Source: Octopus vulgaris (taxonomy: Eukaryota). Taken from it: a DNA stretch of 64,000 nt. The stretch is from positions 54,622,001 through 54,686,000 of the forward strand of contig OX597827.1 of the NCBI GenBank assembly GCA_951406725.2. The letters are read 5' to 3'. Under the pieces are notes generated by a model that saw only the letters and a program-made list of their open reading frames with translations, was not told the DNA's origin and ran no database searches. The translations under genes were made by a program, and so were the position numbers. Positions 11,045 through 23,934 of this stretch are shown here, in pieces; positions within the stretch are counted from its first letter, which is position 1; the number at the start of each line of letters is the position of its first letter.

Positions 11045-13550
11045 CTATTACGCATAGTAACATACATACCTTGCCAACTTATTCCTCATTTGTCAGAAAT
11101 GAATGAACCTTTAAAAGAGAACAAGACCATTCCAATAGGCTCGATAATGTAATGATAATAATAAGGGGTTGACAGTATTAGACTGATTGTAAGTATCTCA
11201 CAAGTTTTGGACTATTTTGATGTAACTAAGCCTGTACGTATATCAGTGGATGCAAGCAAAATCACAAGTGTTGCTCTTCTACAATGGCAGAACATTCAAA
11301 AGCATACGTATCCATGGCATTGCTTCCTACTAAACAAAAATGATCTCAAATGGAAAAAGATCTAATAGTTGCAGTTTTTGATGCTGATCATTTGTGAAAG
11401 TGTTAAGCACCGAAAGTGTGCGTATGGTACGATATTCCAAATGGAGATATATCATAAAAAACTTTAAGTATTCTGAGCAAATTTCTTTACAAAGTTCATC
11501 TTAAGATTGCATAAAATGATGAATAAACTGGGGAATGATATACATGTTTTACATAGCTAAACTATTTAAAACTAAAGAAATTTGAAAATTGCGAATTCAC
11601 ATTAGTCATACCACTCGCGAACGGCTTCTCACTCGTGAGAAAGGCAATGTAAGTCGTGAAATATTGTTTACCAATGTTTCAGATGAGTGATGCAAAGATT
11701 ACTGAACTGGAAGCTGAAATTGTTAATGATAGCCAACGCATGAATTTGTACAAGCTCTGAAACAGAACTGGTCCGCAAACTGCTATTTGCAGACGTTATT
11801 ACGAGTTTCTGGAAATGCAATGGTGAATAATTTCGTGTCCAAGGGGTATTATTTAAAGGGCAGTTATTGTTCCACGCCTAGTGAGACAACAAATAAATTT
11901 TAGATCGACTGCTGTACCTAAAGAATACAAAAGAATTACTGTATTGGCCCGACATCCTTGAACTGGTTGATAAATGTATGACTGTAGAACTAAAGAATAC
12001 AGCAGAAGGAGACCCTTGAAAATGGAAAAGTTGCTATGATCAATTGTTAAAACAAATTTTGTTTCAGCGCGAGAACTTACTTTCTCCTCGTCCTTGTGGA
12101 CATAAAGTTAACCACTAGATACAAAAGTGTAGGAATACGATCGTATATGAGGAGGTTGGTGACATAGGTCTCCTTTTGTAAGCCACACGGTCGTATCCCT
12201 AACAAAATAAGATAAGCCATAATACAATTTATACAATACAGTGCCAACAGAATATAAGTGAGTGAGGACAAGACGTTCCGGTGTTTGAGAGAAGATAAGA
12301 TTTTATTAATAATGTGTTAAAGTGATAATGTTAAAATGTGCTAGCAAGTGTTGTGTATGTGTGCATGCAACAAGTGTTTGTGTCTGTGTGTGACAGATAC
12401 AAATAAGGTGAATGCGTATGACACAGAAATACAGAGCATAAAAGTCTCAGCATAGAGTTAAAGATGGAATTTAGATTACCAGTTCATAAGGTACACGATA
12501 TGCAAGAGTTCTATAACAAGATGTTGTGGACACGAGGCAGAGGCCGGTTGGGGCTTCAATGCCGTGCCGAGTCTCTTTATACAGAATTTCTTCTTTGGAA
12601 GGACTGTTATACGTGGTGAAAGGATTCACTCTAACAGCGTTAGTAAAACTGGTCGTGTTGGTGAGTACATGTCTGAAGTTGGTACAATGATGGTGACGAC
12701 GGCGGCGGAGATAGACGTTTTGTTGCGGCTGTACATTAGCGTTGTCGTAGCTGAAACAGGAGCATGGCTGGTCGTCTGTTGTTGGAACTGGAACATGTTG
12801 AGTAGCTCTGTGGTCAGTGACTAGACCTAAAAAGGTATGAAGTCGAAAAACCTAGTATACTGAGAGCAATCCGTTATATACAGGAGAGATGGCTCAACAG
12901 ATCCTAGGAAAAAGGGTGTCGCGAGACCTTAACCAAAGGCCGTGATTGGTTGGCTTTGGACAGTGGCGCGAAATAAGTAGAGACAAACCGTGCCACAAGT
13001 CAACCAATCAGATGAGTGGACACAACAGGAACAACCCAGCCAAAGATGGCTGTAATCTCAAACGAGATCATTCCTGCTGTGTCTCTTAAACAGTGAGAAT
13101 ATCAGATACCGCTACAAAAGCTAACCTGTCATAAACTCTTGTAAATCCCTGTTTGCAAGACAGGGTGTTTCATTAACACTTATGAGAGACAATGGACCGC
13201 AATTTTGCTGAATTTTCCAACATTTGGTTGCTTGAGTACAGAACTTTGAACCACAACGGAACAGCATGGCAATGAGCAATTGGAATTTTGAAATCACTGC
13301 TAGTGAAAGAAGATTCATTCCTTACTCTTTCAAACTATGGTCATACATACCATAGCATATACTTTCTCCCGTTGTTCGGTTGTGTTTGGTCGAAGAGCTA
13401 GAACCTCTGCCACGAACTCCTATTGAAGTATATCGTATCTGAATGTTCACAACATTATTATGTAAAAGCAGGGAGGGCAAAGGGTAAAATGTATTTCAAC
13501 AAATCAGACAAATGCTCTATTCCCCATAAAGAAACACGAGATAGTGCCCA
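11045..13550 (+). pseudogene. Degraded Ty3/Gypsy pol (RT end, RNase H, integrase), split by a solo LTR
   Basis: Translated fragments LIPHLSEMNEPL, FDVTKPVRISVDAS, SQMEKDL, YWPDI...CMTC, LFARQGV...DNGPQF (13188), FGRRART; many stops and frameshifts. Confidence 0.85.
12128..13116 (-). mobile_element. Solo LTR (~990 bp)
   Basis: TGTAG...CTACA termini, 4-bp TSD AAAG (12124-12127, 13117-13120); CCAAT boxes, minus-strand TATATAA (~12874-12880) and AATAAA (~12302-12307). Confidence 0.85.
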
Positions 13551-13559
13551 CTGCATTAA

Positions 13560-15109
13560 TCTTAACACCAGGCTTTTAACCTAGTCAGTTGGTTCAGTTC
13601 TGTATATGACAACTATTTTATTCCAGGTATTTCAAAATCTTGCGTTAGCCACCCCCAATATTTTTGCTATTCTTCATGGACGTACAGCTAGTGTTATTTC
13701 AGGATCTACAAAATGTTCACTTTCAAGAACTTGAAAGCCACCTGCAAAGTTTTCTGTTACGTTTGTTTGTGTAAAGTTCTTCAACTTTTTTGCTCCATTT
13801 CCAATCACTATGAAACGTACAGAAATAGCTAGTACCTATGAAAGGGAGATTTCAGCCGTCACGTTGATCTAGGGCTCGGGGAACCAAGGAGGGGTCAAGG
13901 ACTATCTGTTGAATCTCTCCCAGAAATTAAAAAAAAGAAAATCATAGCCCCTTGAATTTTGAGAGGTTCTCCCGGAACCCAAAAGCAATCTTGTTCTATC
14001 TACCAAATTTTTCGGAAGCCTTGAAAATAGCACAGTCTTTGTAACACTGGTCGTTATTTCTTCTGAAATAGGTCTGCAATGTTTCTTCCATAATAATACT
14101 AACCTCAGATACTCAGCAAGTCAGTGGTAACAAACACATTGCTTGTTTGTCTAACTGTATTTCATGTTTATCACCTACAACTGACAATGTACAAAATTAC
14201 GGAAGTTTGCCAGTATCTAGTTTGTCCACAAATAATGCATCAATTTTTTTGTGTTTTCTTATTGGAACAACAGTTTTAGATTTGCATATTTCTTCAAAAT
14301 GGGCAAACTTGCCAGATTTATAAAACTCTTTGCTACATGCAGGACAAAAATGAACACCAAATTTTTTACTGTTATTACACTTTGTACATATTTGTGGCTT
14401 TCTGCCAGCTTTGCTTTTAAAACATTTGCAAGGTGCTGCCATTCTCAACAGCATATGCAGCGTTACCACTAATATAGTGTCTGTTGGTTTCCTCAGTTCT
14501 TAATACAATAGTTACAGCTTTAGCCAAGTGAACTTAACTAGTTTCCTTGAGTTAGAATATTAATTATACGTCACCCATATAAAGCTAAACTTGTCAGTCA
14601 AAATCGTTGAATTCTCATATACATGCCCCTTTTTCTTAGCTCCGTCAAATATTCCTCAATGTTTAAGTTCCTTTGATAGCGAGGAAGTTGCTTCTAGCGT
14701 TAAATAGATGGATTCTTGGTGTAATAGAAACTGGTAATTTGTTCTTGACATCTATGGCCTTCTTCGTATTTGAAACTGACAAAAATATCTTTTTCTCGTT
14801 CACCAGTAGTGCCAATTTGACTTTATCGCTGACTCATTCTTCTCAATAGCTTTCAGAAACTGTAAAATTTTCTTGGAATACACGCCACTTGACAGTTTTA
14901 ACACGAGATGTAGGGTTGGGAGCTAGGAATTGAATATTCAGCTATTTAGTAATAATTCGTTAGATCTCAAAGTCACTCAGTTAAATTGAAGTCCGTTAGC
15001 GACTCACTATCAACCGTTTTACGAGCGAATAAAATAGAAGCAGCAACATACTATGAGTACATATCGATAAAGTCAATAATCCGATCCAGTCGAAATATCG
15101 AACACCATG
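13560..15109 (-). pseudogene. Degraded Ty3/Gypsy gag-protease-RT start with PBS-like site
   Basis: Minus strand: ...AAAACA then TGGTGTTCG at 15107; gag-like FLKAIEKNESAIKVKLALL; decayed Zn knuckle CPACSKEFYKSGKFAHFEEIC (ORF 14197-14469); RT start VDPEIT...EPTD*VKSLV. Confidence 0.8.
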
Positions 15110-15176
15110 TTTTAACGGTGTATTGCAATTTACAAACATAACCAGGCTAAAAGATAGTAATATTAAACGCATTTAA

Positions 15177-15372
15177 GGCGGCGTGCTTGCAGAATCGTTA
15201 GCACACCAGACAAAATGCATAGTGGTTTTTCGTCTGTCTTTCCATTCTGAATTCGAATTCCGTCGAGGTCGACTTTGCCTTTTTATCTTTTCGAGGATAA
15301 TAAAATAAGTACCAGTTGAGCACTGGGGTTGATGTAATCGACTTATACCCTTGTGCCAAAATTTGAAACCAA
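15177..15372 (+). mobile_element. Meta-like SINE
   Basis: Same head and domain as 2981-3211, different tail (TGTGCCAAAATTTGAAACC). Confidence 0.85.
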
Positions 15373-16720
15373 TATTAAGCTCATTTTAGATACACTAATC
15401 CTTTGTTGCGTATATATTATGCAACCAATTCCATCATAAGGTAGGTGCGATGGGTTCTATGGCGCTGGTGCTGACGAAGCCTGTGTATAGATTAATTTCG
15501 TCACATTTCGACGGGTACTTCAGTACAACGGCCCACGAGAAATCAAAGACGATTGTGTTTACATGTGTTAAAATAGACAACTTATTGCTGGTCTGATTTG
15601 CGAGATAACCGACACTTCTTGCAATGCCTTCCTGTTTTTTTTTTTTATGAGAAAAATGTTTTTCTGCTTCTATGTTTAGCATAATTACAGAAGACCAGGA
15701 GCTTTAGTGAATTTATTTACAAGAAATGTAGCAAATGGAACCCAACGACTCTTTCTTCGGTATAACTTTATATGGTAAATGAATAATTTGTGATAGGCAC
15801 GAGGCCGGAAATTTGGGACCGACAGGAAACAGTTGAGATAAAATCCGGCTACTTCACCAGCACTTATTTTTTACCAGCCTCGGAAAGATGAAAGGCAGAA
15901 ATTTGGAAATAAGTGGACAGTCAATTAGATTAACGATACGTTAAGACCCGCATCAAAAACTGCAAGGTTTAAACGATTCTGCTAATCTACTGTCTATCTT
16001 GGACTACATTATTCAATGTCTCAATTTTTGAAGACATTCTGTTAGGCATAAATAACATTCTCTATTTCATCGACCCGGGTGGGATGGGGGGGAAGCAAAG
16101 TTGACCTTGAACTCGAAACGCAGAGACAATAACAAATGTCACAGTTTATTATTTCCGACGCTTCTGCCACTTCACTGCTCGTCTCGCAAGTTTAAATGAT
16201 AAACACATGCACACGCCCATATCATTACATATTCCGCAACCATTTCACTCTGACAACAAACACATGCACTTATGTTTTCTATTGCATACTTGACTTCATC
16301 AGGGTCAGCTTTACTTTTAAATCAGCAGAATCTGATAAAATAAAACGCCACAAAAAGTTTTTCTTTTTTTACGAAGTCGAAAAGAAATGTTTAAGAGATA
16401 TATATGACTCATAAGATCTCTTAACATGATATTATCATATAATGCATACTGAATTTATTTTTCGGATCCTGTTCATTCACATGTAAATTCAAACTGTTGC
16501 GCTCAACCTCGCAACTGGTTTCTTTTGTACCGAAGGGATTGCATGAGATAAAAAAAAGTTGTGTTGAGATCTTCCCCCCTACTGACTTGTCATCCGAGTT
16601 TGATAATGACTAACAAACCTAACTTGCAAGTCTCGTCGAGGAGAGTGAGGTAGACATAAGAGAATAGATGTTATAACTTCTATTGTATAACAACCTATTT
16701 TTCGTATTGTTTACCGTCTT

Positions 16721-17149
16721 GGCGATCTTTCGTCTCTCGTAGACCTTTCCGTCGATTTCCGTAAAAAAAATTTCTTTTTTACATATGGGCTTGCGGGAAC
16801 TTTTGAAGTAATATACATACATATACACATACACCGAGTAAAAAATTTCAGTTATCTCTTTCTTTCACACATTACTCTGTCTCTTCACACATACTAACAG
16901 AAGCACTTCACTTACACAACATACTGTCTGTCTCCCACACCCCATCAAACACACACACACACACACACACACATGTACATCAATGCTTCCCATGCACGGT
17001 AACTTCAAAAGAATTTCCCTCGTCATACAATCGCTTTCTCTTAGTCTTTTTCGTTCTCATTACTTCAAAAGTTCCCGCAAGCCCATATGTAAAAAAAAAA
17101 ATTTTTTACGGAAATCGACGGAAAGGTCTACTAGAGACGAAAGATTGCC
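16721..17149. mobile_element. MITE with ~92-bp TIRs, probably Merlin superfamily
   Basis: TIRs 16721-16812 / 17059-17149 starting GGC; perfect 8-bp TSD ACCGTCTT (16713-16720, 17150-17157). Confidence 0.8.
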
Positions 17150-17269
17150 ACCGTCTTTGTTGCGTTTTATGAAAAAAATTGTTTTGTATCAATGATAACA
17201 ATATGACTTTACTGCAACAGGGAAAGCAAATCAGTCATACATCGCGAAATATTGTTAGGGTCCTTGCTC

Positions 17270-17610
17270 AGTCGGTGGAGATAGCGCAATAAATATACGC
17301 AACGGGGGCCGGTTCAGTCTATTGTACTCCTCTCGTTCACATAATTGACCTTGTCTACTTAATCTTTCTGACTCACTTCTGGAATTAGAACAACCCTGTT
17401 TTATCATTCATCCACGAGTTCTTCTCGTGACAATTTCATCGACAATTATTTAAGAACGATAGTATAAACACCGATTTTACAGTACATTTACTCCATTACT
17501 TCTCTAAATCCAACTTCTTTACACTTTTAATTCACTTTTCCATTGCCAGTTTCTGAAATATCAGTGTGACATATAACCAACTGTCGTCCAGACTTCCCAT
17601 CACTACATTC
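17270..17610 (-). mobile_element. CR1/L2-like LINE RT fragment
   Basis: Decayed minus-strand match to GVPQG.VLGP.LF and the upstream V.H..L..KL motif. Confidence 0.45.
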
Positions 17611-18699
17611 TTAGACTAATTCATTAATCACTTAACAACTTCGTTGAATTGACATTTTTGTCCTGCCTTTAATTTGCTTATTTTGTTAAGGTTAACGAAT
17701 CATAAGAATCTTGGTAAACTTCATTGAAGATTGCATTAGATTTGGACAGTGTTTTTGACTTACTGGAATGTTAATGTCATCGGAGATTTTTACCTATATT
17801 TTGAACAAGTGTTTGTTGTGTGTGGCGAACTAATTCATGTGGAACCACCATTATCTCTTATCAGTATGAATGATAAATTAAGGAATGTTCTCTAATGATG
17901 ATGTGATCCGTAACGTACAGTTAAGTTTGCGTATGATAATTTCTGTATGTTTGAGGTACATGTCATAACTGGAAACAGCTGTGGAACTTGCCGAAACCAT
18001 GTTTCACGTTTGGAACAAATATGTGATAACCTGATACTATCACACACACACACACACACACACAATCTTCTCATCTTTATCAGAAATACGAGTTTTGTAT
18101 ATATATATACACACACTACTCTTCATATCTGTTCATAACAAATACTACATTTTGCTGACATGTGCTTTCGTGGCATTTACTATATTTTCGTTTTGTTGTT
18201 GTTGCTATTACAAGCAAGCTCTTAATCCTTTCTGCACTGAGGATTTTCGTCGAGCATAATTGTTATAACACATGCTCTAAATCTGCCACTTACATCAGAC
18301 CCAAATCTCAGACTTCAGGTCGAATTGTTCAACTTTGATAGTTTTGGAGTATTCGATTACATGGTGATTAATCGTATTAGCTGGAGCTGTTAAGACTTTT
18401 CGAGGTACAACTAACAATCATTGTGTTCACCCCAAATTAGGTCAAATATGTTTGTTTTTTCTTCATGTTCTTCGTTTTAAGGCAGAACGGGATTGCGCTT
18501 ATACTCTTAACCGACGGTTTCCCATTTTGGGGATCAAAGTATGGTTGTGTGATTAAGAAGCTCGCTTTGCAACCAAGTGGGTTCAAGTTCAGTACCCCCG
18601 TACAGCCCCTTGGGCAAGTGTGTTCAGTTATAGCCCTGGACCAACTGATGTCTTGTGAATGAATTTGGCTAACGAAAATTGCGTCGGATCCCGTTTAGA

Positions 18700-18838
18700 C
18701 TGCATCTAACAACACCATATCTCACAATGCTTTTGCAGTACAAGTGCTAGTGCCACAGCATTTGGGATACTGGACTGGGCACTTGATGTGATACGCAGCC
18801 TGGACATCAAAACCAGAAAGGTACTGACCATACACAAT
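18700..18838 (+). mobile_element. R4/Dong-like LINE RT fragment
   Basis: Translates to NAFAVQVL...FGILDWALDVIRSLDIKTRKVLTIH, matching the W...L..LD.KTRK.LT motif. Confidence 0.65.
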
Positions 18839-18860
18839 GATGTGTGTGTGTCTTTGTACC

Positions 18861-19092
18861 TATTTCCTTACTACCCACAAGGGGCTAAACACAGAGAGGG
18901 CAAACAAGGATAGACAAACGGATTAAGTCGATTATATCGACCCCAGTGCGTAATTAGTACTTATTTAACCGACCCCGAAAGGATGAAAGGCGAAGTCGAC
19001 CTCGGCGGAATTTGAACTCAGAACGTAGCGGCAGACGAAATACCGCTAAGCATTTCGCCCGGCGCGCTAACGTTTTTGTCAGCTTGCCGCCT
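18861..19092 (-). mobile_element. Meta-like SINE, full length, CpGs intact
   Basis: Reverse complement of the 2981 family. Confidence 0.9.
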
Positions 19093-19449
19093 TTGTACCG
19101 CCATTGCTTGGCAATTGGTGTTGGTTTGTTTAATCCCTAAGTTAAAGTTTCAACGAAAGAAACCGGTAGAATAAGTACGAAAGTTTAAAATAATAAGTAC
19201 TGGGATCGATTTGTTCGAGTAAACACTGCTAGGCGGTGCCCCAGCATGGTCGCTGACTAATGACTGAAACAAGTAAAAAAACTAAGAGAAAAATGTACGC
19301 CAAAAGGACTTTTTCTTAATTTCACTTTAGCCATTATTGGCAAGGACATGTTGCATCATGATATATAAATGAAAATATTTGCATTTTATGTTTATCAAAT
19401 TTTCGGTAAAAATTACTGCAATTGCTACAATTTACTGAAAGTTTAGTAG

Positions 19450-19770
19450 AAAACTTGCTTCCCAACCACATGATTCCGGGTTCAGTCCCATTGCGTGGTA
19501 CCTTGGGCGAGTGTTTTCCACTATTGCCTCGGGCCGACCAAAGCATTGTGAGTGGATTTGGTAGACTGTGTGTGACTTAGTGTTTGTGTTTGTCCCCACC
19601 TTACCCACCGGTCACCGCTTGGCAGCCGGCGTTAGTAAGTTTACGTCCTTGTAACATAGCGGTTCGGCAAAAGACCGATAGAATAAGTACTGGGGACTAA
19701 TTCATTCGACCAAAAGTTCAAGGTGATGTCCCAGCATGGCTGCAATCTAATGACGAACGTATAAAAGATG
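19450..19770 (+). mobile_element. CORE-like SINE
   Basis: Family match. Confidence 0.85.
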
Positions 19771-20615
19771 TATATTATAAAATGTAGATGGTATTTTAGA
19801 AAAATGTTGATAATTTGGTAAATTTTTTTTTATCGGTCTCATATCGGTTTCCTGAAATGGAGCTTAGTTTTACTCCATCAAATGAAATTTCTATTTATTT
19901 ATATTTATATATCAGTCTTAATTATTTTATAAATCGATCTTTAGTTTTAATCAAAGATCGCCTCTAAATTCATGTTGAACACTTCAATTTGCAATTAAAA
20001 AAGAAAATGTGTTACTCTTTTCCTCTTCATAAAAGCATTTATAACAGCATTGATTAAACTCTCCTGAAATTACACCATGTAGAGACGAATTAGCTCTTGT
20101 GAATATTAAAGTAGATTAGATTATTGTTACTGTATATGAAATAGGATTATACCAAGCGCATATCAACCGATCAAGTTTGCTTGAAAGCCGTATCTAGTTA
20201 CATATTAATGAGTCAGGATCTTTGATACTTTTTTTTTCTTGAAATAAAAACAATATTGTTAACTGCTATATATATATATATATACATAGATACGTAAAAT
20301 TCCGCTAAAACCATATAGAAATCAGCTGCACAGTAATGAGCTATGAATTTTTATAATTATTTAATTATTTCTATTAGAACTTAGCTGTTTATAAAACACT
20401 CCTGTCAACTCTTCATATATTGATGGTTCGTACTTGACTTCTACTTGACACACACACACAACAAAATTTCTATATTTAAAACAATAACGTGTATATATAT
20501 ATATATATATATATGTGTATATATATACGCGTATTTATAACTTTGTATACGTAAATATATATGTCTTTATATGTATATCAACGTGTATATACGTGTGTAT
20601 GTGTGTGCATATGCT

Positions 20616-20990
20616 CATTTACTCTTTTACTTGTTTCAGTCATTTGACTGCGGCCATGCTGGAGCAATGCCTTGAAGGATTTTAGTCGAACAAATTGACC
20701 CCCAGGACTTATTTTTAAAAATCTAGTACTTCTATCGGAATTTTTCGCCGAACCGCTAAGTTACGGGGATGTAAACACACCAACACCGGTTGTCAAGTGG
20801 TGATGAGGGACAAACACATACACACATATACATATGACGGATTTCTTTCAGTTTCCATCTACCAAATTCACTCACAAGGCTTTGGTCAGCCTTAGGCTAT
20901 AGTAGAAGACACTTGCCCAAGGTAGCATGTAGTGGGACTGAACCTGAAACCATGTGGTTGGGAAGCAAGCTTCTTACCACATAGCTACAC
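20616..20990 (-). mobile_element. CORE-like SINE
   Basis: Family match. Confidence 0.9.
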
Positions 20991-20994
20991 CTTT

Positions 20995-21612
20995 ATCTTT
21001 TACTTTGTTTCAGCCATTAGATTGCAGCCATCCTGGGGCACTGCATTGAGAAATTTTTACTGGAACTAATTGACCTGAGTGCTTTTTTTCTCTTCAAACC
21101 TGGTACTTATTCTATCAGTCTTTTGCCGAACCGTTAGGTTATGGGGGACCTAAACCCACCAGCACCAGTTTTTGAGCAGCAGTGGGGGACAAACACAAAT
21201 GCAAAGGCACACACACACATAGATACATGTATATATGATGAGCTTGTTTCAGTTTCTTATTTCTTTATTGCCCACAAGGGGCTAAACATAGAGGGGACAA
21301 ACAAGAACAGACTAAGGGATGAAGTTGATTACATTGACTCCAGTGCATAACTGGTACTTAATTTATCGACCCTGAAAGGATGAAAGGCAAAGTTGACCTT
21401 GGTGGAATTTGAACTCAGAACGTAATGACAGACGAAATACCTCTAAGCATTTTGCTGCTAAGCATTCAGTTTCTGTGTAGTAAATTTACTCACAAGGCTT
21501 TTTAGGCAGCCTGAGGCTATAGTAAAAGACAATTGCCGATGCTGCCACATGGTGGGAGTGAGCCTGGAACCATCTAGTTGGAAAAGAGACTTCTTACCAC
21601 ACAACCACACCT
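20995..21612 (-). mobile_element. CORE-like SINE with nested Meta-like SINE (~21256-21465)
   Basis: TTCAGTTTCT duplicated on both sides of the nested copy. Confidence 0.85.
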
Positions 21613-21785
21613 ATATGTCTTCCCTTCTCTGGATCTTTCCTTTTCTTATGTTTCTGACAAAAAGCTCTGCTCTCCTTCTTCCCTTCCTTCCTGAGCTTCC
21701 AATAATACTCGCGTTGTTGTGTTTTCTCTTTGTGTTTTCATGTTTGGATTAACTATATATAATATTATGTCTCCTCTCTCCCTCC

Positions 21786-21825
<40 letters not shown>

Positions 21826-21839
21826 GGAAGGAGAGAGAA

Positions 21840-23090
21840 ATGACATAATGGCAAATGTTTTCACTAATATGTGTCACAAGACAGTTGAATGGCCTGTGGA
21901 CTGGATATATGCAGTGTTTATTACACTGCCCAAGGTTGTTGGCACTGCTAATTGCTTGTAGCATCACACCTCATCAACCCCAGCAAGATCTTGCTGAGAA
22001 TTCTACTAAAGAGGATCAGGCAGTCAAAAAATAGCTTGTTGAAGTGCATATATGCTTCCCTAATTGGACAGAACAAGGGAGAAAATTTTTAATATCAGGA
22101 TCCTAATGGAGACAGCTAAGGAGTATAACATTCCACTGTATGTGTCATTCATTGATTATAAAGCAGCCTTCAACTCAGTACAGCAGGCCAGACTGTGGAA
22201 AGTGTTACAAATGGTGGGAATCAAGGGCTCAGCAATTGACTAACTGTAGCTGTACATTGACAGCTGGTGGCTTTTAAGGATGGAGCAAAAGGAACTGACA
22301 AACTGGTTTTAGCATTAAGAGTTTGCTAGTTTTGTTTCAACTATTTGCTGTACTCTGAGAAAGTGATGTGAATGTAGTCAACTAGATTGGTGTATGGATT
22401 ATAGGCATCAGCTTCTTATTTCTTTATTGCCCGCAAGGGGCTAAACATAGAGGGGACAAACAAGGACAGACAAAGAGATTAAGTCGATTTCATCGACCCT
22501 AGTGCGTAGCTGGTACTTAATTTATCGACCCCGAAAGGATGAAAAGCAAAGTCAACCTCGGTGGAATTTGAACTTAGAACATAACGGCAGACAGAATACC
22601 AATAAGCATTTCACCCGGCGTGCTAGCGTTTCTGCCAGCTCTCCGCTGGGCATCAGCTTCTGGTAGCTAAATGACCATAATTTTGTTAAAGATATTATGC
22701 TGTTCGCTACTTCACTGGCTGAACTGCAGATGAAGTTAGTCTAGTCTCTAATGAGTTTTTACTAAAGATCAATGGTAGCCACCAAGAAACATGAGCAGTT
22801 TACCATAAATTGTGAAGGCAGTGGTCAAGCTAGCCCAAATTGGTAAGTTCAAGTACCTGGACTCCATTCTTAACCAAACAGTTGACTGCAGCCAGGAAAT
22901 CAGAGCAAGACTTAGTGCAAGCAGATCAGCCTTGTGGTCTCTCAATACAATATGGATTAATTGTGTCTCAACAAAAAGTGTCAAGCTGGTGTCTGACTCT
23001 AAGAGAGTGAAGTCATTCAAGATGACATGCTACAGGAAAGTGTTGGTCATTGGATAAACAATTTAGTTCTGGATGACTGATCAAGAGTCT
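21840..23090 (+). pseudogene. RTE-clade LINE reverse transcriptase relic
   Basis: WPVDWIYAVFITLPK, SKILLRIL, IFNIRILMETAKEYNIPLYVSFIDYKAAFNSV, FKYLDS...CSQEIRARL. Confidence 0.85.
22417..22648 (-). mobile_element. Meta-like SINE inserted in the RTE relic
   Basis: 13-bp TSD GGCATCAGCTTCT (22404-22416, 22649-22661). Confidence 0.9.
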
Positions 23091-23112
23091 GTGATGGTGA
23101 TCAAACAACAGC

Positions 23113-23260
23113 AGCAGCATCATTTACTGTCCGTTATCCATGCTGGCATGGGTTAGACGGTTTGATTGGACCTAATAAGCTGGAGAGCTGCACCAGGCTC
23201 TTGTCTGTTTTAGCATGGTTTCTACAGCTGGATGCCCTTCCTAATGCCAACCACTCCACA
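23113..23260 (-). mobile_element. RTE-type 3' fragment
   Basis: TTTCTACAGCTGGATGCCCTTCCTAATGCCAACCACTCC. Confidence 0.7.
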
Positions 23261-23610
23261 ACAAGAATTACAATAGTTTAGCCACGTTAATAGGACCCAG
23301 AACCTGGGTGTCCGGTCCTCAGGTATTAGGTAGAAACAAAACAGGCCTGTGGGTAACACAGAAATGTACAGTAAAGGCTGGAAGAATTTCATTATAAATC
23401 TGCTCTGACCTGAGGATAAACAACTATTTGCAATTAAGAAGAATCCTCTCTCTTAGTAATTCTCATCCATTCCTCTATCGTTTACCCACTTACTCTCATG
23501 CAAGAATATACACCAAATAATCTCTGTGTATTAAAGCCCATGTCACTGCCAAAGCACTATCATTGAATTAACATTTAGCTCTTGTATGTGTAAGAATGTA
23601 TGATATATAT

Positions 23611-23908
23611 ATTGTATGTTCCTTCTTGAGCCACACCTGGCTCATAAGGGCCGGTTTCCTGGTTTCCTTGGCATATAGGTTCCCCACCTGGACGGAATGC
23701 CAGTCTGTTGCAGGTGAGCTACAGGAGGAAAGAGTGAGAGAAAGTTGTGGTGAAAGAGTCAGCAGAAGTTCACCATTACCTTCTGCTGGAGCCGCAGGGA
23801 GCGTAGGTGTTTCGCTCATAAACACACACATTGCCCGGTCTGAGATTCGAACCTGCAATTTCTCGACCGCGAGTTCGCTGCTCTAACCACTAGGCCATGT
23901 GCTTCCAC
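23611..23908 (-). mobile_element. V-like SINE
   Basis: Same family as 2449-2757; TSD ATGATATATAT. Confidence 0.85.
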
Positions 23909-23934
23909 ATGATATATATGCCTGTGTGCGTGTG

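Larger units (their letters stand above)
18535..19290 (+). mobile_element. CORE-like SINE split by a LINE fragment and a Meta-like SINE
   Basis: Head at 18535-18690, tail at ~19094-19290. Confidence 0.7.

Noticed and set aside
15390-15600. Possible exon ending at AAG|GTAGGT (15441) and short ORF MGSMALVLTK
   Set aside because: Stop codon in the frame required by exon 1; short ORF has no recognisable motif
17977-18006. CTGTGGA...GAAAC-CAT-GTT hammerhead-like string
   Set aside because: No stem II or stem I pairing
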